Shown: piece by piece, positions 1 to 12,549 of the stretch
Position numbering within the stretch: the first letter of the stretch is position 1
Layout: each line of letters begins with the position of its first letter
NCBI RefSeq assembly: GCF_004010195.1
Contig: NC_057718.1
Location: 32,548,519 to 32,591,736 of the forward strand
Length of the DNA stretch: 43,218 bases
From: Chiloscyllium plagiosum
Lineage: Eukaryota
Direction: 5' to 3'
Made by a program: the position numbers and the translations under genes
Notes under the pieces: generated by a model
Told to the model about the DNA's origin: nothing
The model's database searches: none
What the model saw: the letters and a program-made list of their open reading frames with translations, nothing else

Positions 1-594
1 TTACTTACCCCTGGTAAATCGTCCCCCCCACAAGTATCCAAAATGGTATACTTGTTCTTGAGGGGAACGGCCGCAGGGGGTCCCTGCACTGGCTGCTTCC
101 TCCCAGTCCCCCTCACTGTCACCCATCTATCTGCCATCTTTGGAGTTACTACTTCCCTAAAGCTCCGATCTATGACCCCCTCTGCCTCCCGAATGATCCT
201 AAGTTCATCCAACTCCAGCTCCAGTTCCCTAACACGGTCTTGGAGGAGCTGGAGATGGGTGCACTTCCTGCAAGTGTAATCAGCAGGGACGACCATGGCA
301 TCCCTCACCTCAAACATGTTGCACTGCCTTCACTGCCTTCACTGCCATCCCTCTGAAAGTAACCTTTTTTTAAAAAAAACTGGGTCTAAAGAATACAACA
401 AGCAAAATGCAGCACTTACCTACTTACCACAATGGGTCTTATTATTTAGGTCAGAGGAGGAGGGCAGGTGGGAGACACTACCTCTGTAGTGCCTTGGGTT
501 CTTCTCCTGCGCGCTTTTAAAGGGAAAAAAACCTACCCGGCTGTCCCTCTGGTCTTTCTGTGAAGAGAAAAGAAAACACCGCTGCCCGCTACCG
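1..594 (-). mobile_element. CR1-type LINE 5' end (5'UTR plus ORF1 N-terminus); the element continues beyond the left edge of the window
   Basis: Minus-strand frame from ATG 317 stays open off the window edge: MFEVRDAMVVPADYTCRKCTHLQLLQDRVRELELELDELRIIREAEGVIDRSFREVVTPKMADRWVTVRG...PLKNKYTILDT. This is the CxxC zinc-finger/leucine-zipper start of CR1 ORF1. The upstream ATG at 348 (MAVKAVKAVQ) is out of frame, indicating a small indel. GC-richer 5'UTR runs to about 594. Confidence 0.85.
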
Positions 595-3439
595 ATATTT
601 GCTACCTGTAGCAAATATGGCAACCTTCTACCAATTTCATACATTTTTGCAATATTTAAAATGTTGGCCTCAACATAAATGTTATGAATATTCAGAAAGC
701 GATTTCACTTTTATTTACTAAAAGTAAGGCACAGGATCAATTGTTACTAAGTTTGGTGCGAACTATATCCTTCTTCAATATTTGATGGTAATATTGGAAG
801 TAACATAAAATGGCAGACTCTTGCAAGCAGCAGGGAGTTTCATTACTGACAATGTCAGTACTTTCAGCTATAATCTTTAAACCGGCTAGGAATATATGAC
901 GTTTCAGAACATATATGTCAGTAACTTAGAGTTTCTCTCCTGCAGGCCTCTTCTGACACACCCATTGAGGGTGTGTTCCCACACAATGTTCCAACACAAT
1001 TTCTGACAATACCTCTCTTTAACTGAACGGTCAAGGGTTTTGGGGCTAGGTCTGAGTGACTGACTGTCTAATTTTTCCCTCTTTATTAAGGAAGCTGTAG
1101 CTTTAGAATGGTCTCTATCTAAATCAGAGGTGGGTTACAGTAATTGAACTTTGTGTTGTATCAGCATCCCCACCACACATTCTTTAGAAATGATAAGCAA
1201 TACAGTTTAGATGCACAGATAAATCTCTGTATTCTGGTTTCTGTTGTGACATGAGTAGCAACTTACAATTTGCTTCAGTGTCATAATACAGTTCGTTGCT
1301 ATTCATTTCAGTTGGTTTATCATCAAGAATGAATCTTTTTTAATGGTTTGTCCTTGATAACATTGCACACTTACATTGGGGTGTAGCTAATGTGCATTTT
1401 TTTGCTCAATCTTATAATCAAAGTTTAATTACTGGATGAAAAAGGTGCTCAGTAGAGCATATACTTCAGCCATGCCATGTTAACCCAATATTATTATAAC
1501 TATATGGCTCTTTTTTGAGGCTTCCCCTGCCTGGTTGGTGATCTGTAATTACAAAGCTGAAAAAAAAGTAAAATTGTATTATTGAGAGCTTAATTCTCAC
1601 TGAAAAGGCTTTAGGCCAGTCCACATCAACAAAATGCTCTGAAAACTCTGCTCACACTTTGACAGCTTTGACAAATTTCATCATAGCAGTTGAGATAAAA
1701 CAGTCTACATAAAACAATCTTCAGCTATTGTGAAACAAACAACAAAACTCAAATAAAACAGTGCACACCATTGTTAAGGAGAATGCCAATTCACCCTCTC
1801 TTTCAATGTGAACCAATCCCTTAAAAAATTCAAGAATCCAAATTTGAATCCACATCTTGACCAACAACCAACTAGTTTGTCTGTGTGTCACTTGAAGTCT
1901 GTGTTTTGAAATCCGACCATTGGCTTTAATATAACACTCAATTGAGTTAATATAACACTTTAGTTTTCATGTGGGCCATAAAAAGACCAAGGGCCAAATC
2001 TTCCAGCCACAAATCAGAGATGGGTCATGTCCTGTGGTTACAACATGAGGTCAGCACTCAACATTATCCCACCAGTTATTGAAAATGTGGCAGACACCAA
2101 AATCAGAAGCCTGTCTTTATTGAGTTTGTTGAAGGATGGCTAGCTGTAATTTTTCACTAACCTTTCCATTTCCCTGTAGCTGCAAGAACAAAAACAGCAG
2201 GAGCGATTTTTGTTATTTTTGAAGGGGTGGCAGAGGGCAATGAAAAACCTGCAAAGTAGATCTTATCTATGTAAAGCAGCAGAGACTGCTGCTGAAGATG
2301 GCAGTGCTTTGATATTAGTTGGGTGTAGTTCTGCAGTGTTTATAGAAAGACATTGCAAATGCGAAAAGAGAGTGAGTGGGATAGGGAATTGGAGACAAGG
2401 CTATTCCGGAGGCTAAGGTTCCAGGAGAAGAACGAGGGATCACTGTCCCCCCCAGGCTACTCTTCCTGTGAGAAGGAAATGAGGAGATGGGGAGAAGGAA
2501 GGCCAGCTGTTCAAGCAAATGTAGATCATCTAGTCCATGTAGGTGAGAGCACTACTGCTTTCCAGGGGTCAAAATAGGACAGACAATACCACCAGCAGGT
2601 CCACGGAAGGAGAAGGCGTTACCCTGCCCAGTGAGTCAAAAGGCAAAATATTTTCAGCTCCCAGAGTGACGGGTCATCCCAGACAGTGTATATTCACCAT
2701 TCAATAAAGATAGTGATAAATGCAGTGTCAAAGTGAACAAATGACTTATCTCCTCACAACCAATTATGTCAGTCAGGCCAAGAGAATTAAAGATTTTGCA
2801 TGTATATCTGTAGTCTGTACCAGGGGGTGGCTATCAAAATTCTAGATGGCCACTCAAGGGTATTTATCAGTTGTAAAATCTTCATTTCATCAATTTACAA
2901 CTTGTATATGGACATCATCATGTCAGTGTGGATCCAAGCCAGACAGAAACGAGCACACCTTCTTTTGTTCATAGATGTTATTGACCCCTCAGTGTTAGAG
3001 CTCTGTGCACTTCCTCATTTTTCTTTTGTTTCTATTATACCCAGAAATGCTATCATGCACAACTGGGTGACTTTCCCACTACCAAATCTCCATGATCTTT
3101 CTCCCAGTAATCACCCATATATCCCATTAAATACATACAAGAAAGGCCCATTATAGGCAAGGCAAACGTCAAGGTAAGCGGGAGATACAGAGAGAGGGAA
3201 GGGTATAATCCTCAAGGAATGCATTCTGATTGGCTGTCATGCTATTTAATTAGTGTTTTCCCACCACTACCTGTGATTTTACTTGGACCTTTCCACATTT
3301 TCTGACCTTTATTTATAATAAGCCAGGCTCCCTGCATTAAAATGTATTTCTGATGGGCTCATATGATACCAAACCTTCTGTTAAATTTCAACCTTCATGA
3401 ATGCCCTTCTGCCTGCATACAGCACATTCATGTGCTCTG

Positions 3440-3830
3440 AAAAAGGGGAAGTAATTGTAATCCCTTCACAACTGGGCGATGATCGTCAAAGGAATTTTTG
3501 GCTTCCTCCCAGAAACCAATTGATGTAGACAGTTATCCCCAATCATTCCCAGTGAGTCCTTCACATGATCTGCCCATGAGAAGGCAGATATTAATTCACT
3601 ATTTGGCTGCTTCACTAGCATTTTCTGGAACACTTCATGGATTCCCACATGATTTCTTTCACACATTTCTTACTCTGCTTTCATGTTCATCACCACAATC
3701 TTCAAATTTTCACACATATCCTGAAATTCGTCATTGTCAAATTCTTCACCTTGTCAGGTAGAAACTGTCAATCTATTCCCTACCCATTTCTCCATTACCT
3801 TGAACTATTATTACTTCTTTCTCTTTATTG
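3440..3830 (-). mobile_element. Degenerate LINE ORF2 fragment (endonuclease-RT linker-like)
   Basis: Purine-rich minus strand with broken LINE-like reading frames; family not resolved. Confidence 0.3.
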
Positions 3831-4544
3831 TATATTAATTGTATGCTGGTTTAATCTCGTTGGCATGTCTACAAGTACAAGATGAAAGTGTTATTTTCCT
3901 TATCCCGTACCTTCAAGACTCGCTACAAGTTGTGATATTCTTTGCATCCCTCACACTTTCCCTGATCTCTTCTATAAGTTTAGTATGCACATCATTACCT
4001 TATTCCTACAGCTTTTAATAGGATTTTTAACCAGCAATAAAATGGATGCAAAAATTGCTGATGTGATTTTAAGATAATTGGCCTAATTTTCCTTTAAATT
4101 CCAATCTCCTGATGTCAATAACAACTGCTTAATATTTTATTTCGAAAAGTTAGCTCTGTTTAAAAGAATACAGCAATGGCCACATTGTGTAATCTGCACA
4201 TCCACTGACTTCCCGAAAACAAGTGTCTCACTGTGTTCCATGTCCATTTTCATTTAGCATTTTGTTATGAATGGCCTGCTTACGAGTAAGGGCATTTTAT
4301 GTGACACTATGCCTGTGTTAACATTGTGGTTTGCCCCAGCTATGTTATAGGGAATCACCGCTGTTTTTAGTGATTTTAGCATATGATCATCCCCAAACCT
4401 GAAGCAGGCAGGACTCTCAAATTCCTCAACTTTACTTTGATTCTTATTATTTGAAAGAATCTAGGAAATGTTTTAAGTAATCCACTCTGCAGACTGTGAA
4501 TGTGCAGCCACTGTCCAACACAATGTGGCTGAATGTTTGGGCCG

Positions 4545-4778
4545 ATGTGGAGTTTGCACATTCTCCCCGTGTCTGCGTCGGTTTCCTCCGGGTGCTCCGG
4601 TTTTCTCCCACAGTCCAAAGATGTGCAGGTCAAGGTGAATTGGCCATGCTACATTGCCCATAGTGTTAGGTGCATTAGTCAGAGGGAAATGGGTCTGGGT
4701 GGATTACTCTTCGGAGGGTTGGTGTGGACTTGTTGGGCCGAAGGGCCTGTTTCCACACTGTAGGGAATCTAATCTAAA
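4545..4778 (+). mobile_element. HE1-like V-SINE, 5'-truncated
   Basis: V-domain TGTGGAGTTTGCACATTCTCCCCGTGTCTGCG...CCCACAGTCCAAAGATGTGCAGG, CR1-derived tail GGGCCGAAGGGCCTGTTTCCACACTGTAGGG and (AATCT)n end; homologous to 7092 and 24225. Confidence 0.85.
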
Positions 4779-5363
4779 AAAGAACTCCTTATATTAGTAT
4801 AATTCTTGCTGCCTGATCAATACCACCTTCTTCACCTACTTTAAGTGTCAAGCATGATTTTAAAAATCTTGTTCTTCCAATTAGGACAACTGATTGTAAA
4901 ATGGTATCATCAGTTGCATCTAAGACACTCATTCACCAAATCCTGGGATTCCCTCTTCTGTACCCAGACCTCAAATATTGTTGTCTGTTACAATTGCCAG
5001 AAGTATCTCTGTCCTCAGTCATTTTCGATATGATTCTCTTTTCCTTTTGATGTTTTTGACCTGTATCTGGGTTGTCTCACATTGTTGCTATGACTGAATT
5101 CTCCCTTCCATGTGACTGCTGAATGTCCCATGAAGACCACTGGGAATTACTTCTTTCCCAGGAATGTTTTTTAAAGCTTGGACATCTGTTCCAAAACATG
5201 TTTCTTTCTGAGTATAAAGCTCCAGTTAATTCTCGGACGCTTTCCATGTTTGCCATTTTAGCACAGTATGACAATTTAAAGCTATTGAATTTTTGCAAGT
5301 GAATTTTTGCAATCCTGCATTTAGTCTTTTAAATTCTGTTATTTAATCTTTTATTGAACATAC

Positions 5364-5590
5364 AGAAATAACTACCCTGAAGCCGGTATCCTGTTAGCCA
5401 AGTCACCCTTAATTCACATGCAGAGAGTTCTTGACTCTCAATTAGCTCCCTCAGAACCAGCTCTCAGAATGAACAGAACCTCTGACACTCCTGTTTATAC
5501 ATGTCAGCCAGGGCTCTCTGATTAACAGCCCCCATCAGGGAACTCATTTTCCATGAGGTCCACCTGCCTGACTTCACTACAATCACTATA
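5364..5590 (-). mobile_element. Solo LTR of a Gypsy-type retrotransposon (~227 bp)
   Basis: Flanked by a perfect 5-bp TSD, CATAC (5359-5363 and 5591-5595); homologous to the LTR at 38220-38452 that abuts Gypsy PBS/gag sequence. Confidence 0.75.
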
Positions 5591-7091
5591 CATACAACTC
5601 ATTCTTTAAATGTATCAAAGTCTCATCGTATGTCATTTGCATTTAATGGGCCATATTTTAAAAATAAATTTTGTAGTCAGTTTTAATGGATTAAAATAAC
5701 TGTGAAAGAATATCACTTTCCAAAAAATATTGCATTTGCTAAGATAAAATGATCTATAATCAATTGAAAGATATAAAACCTCAAATAGATTAACTACTTG
5801 TGGCTCTTAAACAACTGATATTTCAAAGTTCACAGTCAGAGGAAAGCAGCTATCCTTAGGGCAGAATTTTACTGTCCCCTTGTCACTAGCTGGGAGGTGG
5901 ATGCCAATAAAATTCTCCAGTTTATGTTCCACTGCTTTCCATGATCTATCCTGACCTGCAAAGAAACTTGTATGTGACAGATCAGGCCTGAGTCAGCCTG
6001 CCCACCTTTTTGCCATCTGAGATCTATAGTTAACGACCACCTAAACGCTGGATGCCATCAACATCAATTTTGAGATTTGCAGAGAAAGTTCAAGGGCAGC
6101 AGAAGCTGCCGGTCACTGTATACAGGTTTCTGGCAGGATGTAGTGATCATCATCCTCAATGGCAACCTTTCCTCATGGGCATCCCCCAACCTCACCCTCA
6201 CCAATGCCTGCCTCTCATTGGTGCTGTTTCTTCAGACCCCCATAATTCCTGGTCTCTCCATCAAGACCCATGCCCTGGTCTCGCCCACCTCTCCCAGTCT
6301 CATCTCCTCATCTTGCCCTGAGAGCACTGCACTTATCTTGTCCTAGGCCATTGAATCTGAGGACTGTTTGTAATACCAATTGCAGTCACTAAACGTACTG
6401 GTGCTGCAGGACTACAAAGTTGGCCAATCAGATTATTAAGGAAAAAAGCCCCCTCGCCAGCCAATTGACTCTTAAGGAGCGAGGCAAAAAAGCCCACCAT
6501 CTGTAAAACCATACCCATAATTTCAGAAGCCCTAGAGCTATGAGAACAGCCCCCCCTCCCCAAAGAAAAACTGAGATCTGCAGTCACATTACTTCAGCAT
6601 AATGAAACAATTTGGATGTGAAATACATTGTGTCATGATCAACTACTAAGATCCAGAGGGTTTGTTTTAATTGAGAAATTCAACAATAAAGGAAAACTTC
6701 TTGATTGAATTTTAATTGAATGTGTTATTTGAAAAGGAAAACTGAGGACGTTTTGAGGCAACCTTGTATCCTATGTAAAATCTTTCATTAAAGAATTGTG
6801 GTCAAGGTTGAAGAAATTGGGTAATATACATTGTTTAAAACTAAGAAGAATCTTATTGCTATTTTTGGATATATGCAGTGAATTTCTCTTTCTACATTAC
6901 ACAATACTCTGCATCTGTTACAAATGATGTAAACTTACTGCCACTAAACTGATTCAAACTTATTTCAGAATTTGACAAGTCAGTTTATTATCTTGGAAAT
7001 TGATGCAATACTATTGGACAATAATGTTCAGCTTCTTTTAATTTGTTTAATTAAAATAATACCTCTAATTACTGAACACTGCACATTGAAT

Positions 7092-7397
7092 AGCAGCACA
7101 ATGGCTCTGTGTGGAGTTTACACATTTTCCTCATATCTGCGTGGGTTTCCTCCAGGTGCTCTGACTTCCTACCACTGTCCAAAGATGTGCACGTTATGGA
7201 TGTAGGTTTGCTGGTCAAACTCACTAATGTGCAGGTTAGATGAATTGGCTCATAGTGTTCAAGGGTGTGTAAGTTAGGTGCATTAGTCAGGAGAAATGTA
7301 AAGTAATGGGGAGTTGGTCTGGCTGGGGTACTCTTTGGAGGGTTAGTATGGACTTGTTGGGCCAAATGGCCTGTTTCCACACAGTAGGGATTCTATG
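7092..7397 (+). mobile_element. HE1-like V-SINE with deleted tRNA head
   Basis: GCAGCACAATGGCTC joined directly to the V-domain TGTGTGGAGTTTACACATT; tail GGCCTGTTTCCACACAGTAGGGATTCTATG. Confidence 0.8.
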
Positions 7398-8399
7398 AAA
7401 CAAAATGCAGTTATATTTAATGCAGGGTTCTATGTACCTTGAGATTGATGGAAGAGTTTTTCAAAAGCAGTTTGTTATTTGATAAGTGTGACTATTTTTT
7501 GCCAATATTAATTTCTCTTGATGACAGAAAATATTGAAAATGTATAGTGCTTCGCCAAGATACCATTCCTCAATGCGTAAACGCATGGATAGAGGGCAAT
7601 ACTGTCAGAAGTGCTCCAGTCATTTTCAAAACTGAAACTTTTGAGCTTGATGAAAGTTGACTTCTAATGTAACCAACATGCTTTTTTAGAGGAGTAACTG
7701 TGACCCTACCTGTGCATCTCTGTAACAATACAGTCAACTGTGGGAGCGATCCATGTAAGAATGATTTCTCCAGCCAAAGTACTTTCTCAAAGCTCTGGGT
7801 GTGGAGCAGAGGGACACTGATTCTTCCTAATTGCTCTTGCACACCCCTAGTGGACATTCCAAACCCTAGCTGATAACAGGCTTGAGGAGCAATTCTTGGC
7901 AGACCTGTTGTCATAGCAGTCAAGGGAAAATATTACCACCATGTAAAACTCGCTTACTTCTGCAGAACTGCTGGGACAAAAAATAATTAAGTTTGATTTT
8001 GTTCAATTGAAGGCTCTTGCCTCAACACTCCGCATTGTTTCTCTCACAATATGGCTCAAACAAGGAAGAAAGGCTTCAGTGAGTCTGATGGTGCATGGCC
8101 CATGCTCTCTGCGTTTCACTTAAAACTGGTCAGGAAATCCAAACTGTTCATCGTACCTGATTCACATTGAGTCTTCACAGAAGTCACTGACATACTCAGA
8201 TCTTCAGGGAGAGGTTCATCAAAACTGCAAACTTGCTGCTGCACTTGGAAAACACATTAAAATTACCAACTTCAATGAAAACAGCCCTCCTACACTTGCC
8301 TGCCAGGGTGGATGACAAGCTGATGGGACATTTTAGGTGTCTACTCCCCACCAGAGGCATTAAGTGCCAGGGTGCCTTGTAAAATCCAGTCCAGCATTT

Positions 8400-9420
8400 C
8401 AGGTCATTGATATTACATCAAACCTGGAGGATGTTAAAGGTTTAACAATTTAGAAGCAAACACAAAGCCAGGGCACTAGGAAAGGTTGATACGAGAGGAA
8501 TGGGCAATAGGGAGTGTGTGAAGGATTGGAATGATTAAATGACAAATGAGTCAATGGTTCAAGGCAAAAGGAGACAGTAATGGACCAAGCGTAAAAATAA
8601 AAGTTTCGTAGGAACTTCTAATGGCAATGGCAGATTGTTGAGGTCAGAGTTGCAGGGAAAATATGGCAAGGAGGCAAAGCTTCTGGTGGCGTGGAAATGT
8701 GGGTAGTGTCCAGTGATCAGTCTGTCTGCCCCAACCACCTCCTCCTATCTCTTCAACTTGCAAGGGACTCTAGTGCAGTCACCCACAACTACCAGGTCTT
8801 GTTCTCCAAGAGAACGATGACCTGTAAGTTATGGAGCGGTATTGAGGCCAACAGGCTGTAATGTGCCTGATGTAAAGATGAGACGCTGTTCCTCAAGTTT
8901 GCATCAAATATCTTCGATATAGGAAGTCAATGATGGAGAATACAAATTAACATTCGTATTAAAGTAGCAAATGACAGGATACATAGGATGTGGACTCAGT
9001 GGAGGTGTTCAGCAAAATGCTACCACCTCAGAGGGAGTACAGGTGAACTGTTGTAATAATGTTGCATTTTCTGCACTTTCGTGGGGAGGTGCCGTGGAAA
9101 GGAGAGGAATGTTGTGGATAATTAAGGAATGGATCATTGTGTTGTACATGAATTGATCTCTTGAGAATGCTAGGTAGAGACTAGGGGAGGAATTAGGTAT
9201 CCTGATGGCATCTTGCTTGAGATGGTAGAAAAGGAAGAGTAAAGCTAATGAATGTAGAGGCTGCTGGAGAGATGGAGACTGATCACAATGGCAATCCTGG
9301 TGTGATTCTGGGAGAGAGCGGAAGAGATGAGAAGATGGGCATGAAATGGTAAGGATATTGTTCAGGGCCCTATCAGCTGCAATGGCCAATGTTAATGCAG
9401 TGGTAAATGTCAAACTTAGA
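8400..9420 (-). mobile_element. Old degenerate Penelope-like element fragment (RT thumb to GIY-YIG region)
   Basis: Minus ORF 9009-9482 (HLKQDA...LAFSRD...FTCT) resembles the PLE linker/endonuclease translation at 18383-19018; boundaries approximate. Confidence 0.45.
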
Positions 9421-10870
9421 GACGCCTGACCAAAACCTTTTGATTTCTTGCAATAGCTACTCTTCAAACTATTCTGATACACTGCAATTTGTACATTGAC
9501 CCTTTAATTAAAGAAATTTTGCTTAAAAAATAGTTAATGTACTTTTACTGTTGTTGAATGATGTCATTAACTGAAATGAGACTTATAAAATGTGAGAGCA
9601 AGCAGCTAAAATAATGACAAAGCTAATGTCCAAGGGCAGAGGTTACATTCAAACTTGGGTAGCCGGGAGCCATTGGCTACACAGAATGAATCTGATTTGA
9701 AGAAATTCACATCAAAGGCTGAAGCTTTCTAAGTGCGCAATTTGTGGTTTGGATGGCTCATCCTAACAGCTTGTGCAGCTTTTCCGTTTCCGGCTAGTCT
9801 GATGTTCGGGTGCACACTAATTATAGGATGGTGTCTGTCTGGGAGAATCTTGCCTGACATCTGCATTGAGGTTTCAGAAAGATTCTTGAGAAAGGCAATG
9901 AAGAGGGCACTGGTGTGTGGTTTAACCACAGTGACCCCGTGCCAAGTTATTTTTCTACAAGCAACCACAACGGTAACTGTCGATTTTGATGCCTGATAGT
10001 GATCCGAAACCTTGAAAAATGTCATGAACTTTCAGATGTGTGTGGGTTACATTCACACACACTCATTCACACACACTCATACATATATAAACATACAAAA
10101 TATGTATCCACTTTTAAGTATAGCTACTGAACTTAAAAAGCAGATTAACAGCACAAAGTTAGAATCTGCCACATACTTAATTTTAGAAGACACTCAACTG
10201 ATAGACCTGAAAAAAAATGGATGGCAACATTTGAATTCAAAACACAATCATTCCACTAACAACACAGAGCAGATGCAATCCAAATATAACCAGCACAGCA
10301 GTCTACTCCAGTGTGTAGCTGAACAAATTAAAATATACGCGGGCCACCATTGTAAATATAAAATTTATTCAAGAGAACTTTTGCACAAGAGGTAACTTGT
10401 ATCGCACCATGAACAATTTAAACTCCATGGGAATGATTTTGAATAATATTTGTCATTTTGTAGAAAAAAGCGGTTTTCAGATCATCAGAAGTCCTGAAAA
10501 GAAAATTGCTTCTCTGTGAAATTAATCAGGGCACTAAAAAGAAAAAGCAATAATTTTAACTTAATAGAGTGTAAAGGTTGAAATATTGGTCACAAAGTCT
10601 GGCTCATAAAAAAAGTTTATAATTTCTATTACAAATAATAGAGTGATGTCTTTAGCTGACATGATGAGCTGAGTGCCTCCCTGTGCCATAAGCACTTCGA
10701 CATTTCTATGCTTACGACAGCAGAAGCTGCTGTTGCATATTATGTCCATTGTTACCTATAGTACACAGCTTACTCTCAAGCCTTTCAAATGACATATAAT
10801 GTACATTGATTCCTCCAGTGTCATTAAGTCAGATTCCAATGCATTCATTAACTCCATTTCTTAAATGCTT

Positions 10871-10888
10871 CTTATTATTCTCCTTTAG
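10871..10888 (+). promoter_or_regulatory. PRKCE: Splice acceptor of the PRKCE terminal exon
   Basis: Polypyrimidine tract CTTATTATTCTCCTTT followed by AG (10887-10888), directly before the in-frame codon AAA. Confidence 0.9.
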
Positions 10889-11035
<147 letters not shown>

Positions 11036-12207
11036 GACGTTATCCTGGTGCTGCCACTAGATGCCATTACCATGCAATGGTCCAAGAAATCCAGCAAGTC
11101 ATTAGGATCGAGTTTCTTTTAGTATGGTGTAGTACCTGCGTTTCCCTGCAGTAATAAGTGTGTACGTTTCTACCTTGTTTCCATTTTCCTGGTTTAAATT
11201 AATGCACTCCAGAGTTTTTGTTTTGTTATTTCTATTTAAAATAAAAGTTATTTGCTCGCATTTTAAGCCCTTTGCTACATCTGGGCTTTTCACACGAGAC
11301 TTGTGTGTGTAATAAAAACAGTATTAAGTATACTGTTCTACATGTAGTGCTGCAGGTTCATTCGTATTTAGCAGGAACTCCGGTACAGGGAAGTGGAACA
11401 ACCGTGCAACAAAGGCTCGTGAAACAGAACTACATACCAGAGGTTGAGATAGAAATGGAAGCCGAGGAAAGTTGACCAGTTGGCCAGCATGTCTCGTCAA
11501 TCTGTTGATTCTTCCATGGAAGTTGCTCAGGTCAACAGAAAGGGTTACCAAGTGGTTTATTTAGTTACTTTATCGTTTTGTGGAGATGTTACACTGTTTT
11601 AAGTTGTCACTTTTTTGTGCAATTTCTGGTGAATTAGGTCGTTTGAAATTACATCACACATCTGAGTGTTACTCAGCCTAGAAAAGTTCTCAACCTAGTA
11701 GATTACGAGTCAGTGATGATTAATGCGCTCACCTAGTTGACTACTTAATTCTTTGGGGGATAATCCTACAACTTGCAGTGTAATATTTTACTGTAACCTA
11801 GATCTTGAACAATCACATTGCACTGAATTGCAGGCTTACATCACATTCAATGCTCATCACCAAAACCAGAGTTGTTTGAATTATTTGTTTTAGTCGTGTG
11901 TTATTTTGGCACATTTCCGAAATCCTTATTTATACTACTGTCCCGTATCTGTACTTCATTTTCAAGTGTGAATCTTATTTTAAAAAAAAAAGGAATAGAG
12001 ACTATGAAATATTGAGCATTATACCTAGACATAATAGAGGACTGATGATCAAATCACACAAAAACTGACAAGATATATGATGGTGTACATTGTTTAACTT
12101 TTTATGAGTTATCCTATAATGAATTGTGGCTGTGGTTGAGGAACTGATCATGTACACACAATTTAACAGTTTGAGCAGGTCAGGTCTGGTTGTATTCTAT
12201 TTTAATG

Positions 12208-12287
12208 TTTTGTCTGTGTGAGTGAGTGTGTGCACATATGTGTGTGGGTGTGTGTATGCATGCATGTGGGTGTGGGTGTGCGTGTGT
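12208..12287 (+). repeat. Imperfect (TG)n microsatellite in the 3'UTR
   Basis: TGTGTGAGTGAGTGTGTG...GGGTGTGGGTGTGCGTGTGT. Confidence 0.8.
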
Positions 12288-12505
12288 CCTAAAGTCACTT
12301 AGAATTTTACTGGACTGGTTTCCCAGTCTCTGGGATCCACAATATCTGATGCATCTGGATTGCCAGATACACAGAAATACTTGTGAGTAGCAAAGAAGCG
12401 CTAAAAAGGGCTCTTTGCTTTTTGTACAGGCAAGAAGTTGTAAATACTGTTTGCTGCAAGGCCTGTGGAGTTCATTGAACAATATCAACTGCTGCATGTT
12501 CAGGC

Positions 12506-12549
12506 ATATTATATATATTATAAATATATATAAATATATATATATATTA
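12506..12549. repeat. Imperfect (AT)n microsatellite in the 3'UTR
   Basis: ATATTATATATATTATAAATATATATAAATATATATATATATTA. Confidence 0.85.

Noticed and set aside
2340..2720. Possible decayed PLE/LINE fragment (also 6118-6320 and 37345-37790)
   Set aside because: Composition is suggestive, but I could not read diagnostic motifs with confidence.
4376..4763. ORFs over 4376-4763 (likewise 7069-7380 and 24160-24491)
   Set aside because: Chance frames through V-SINE copies.
9733..9996. 87-aa hydrophobic ORF resembling a signal-peptide protein
   Set aside because: GTG start within an intron of a eukaryotic gene; no family resemblance or exon signals.
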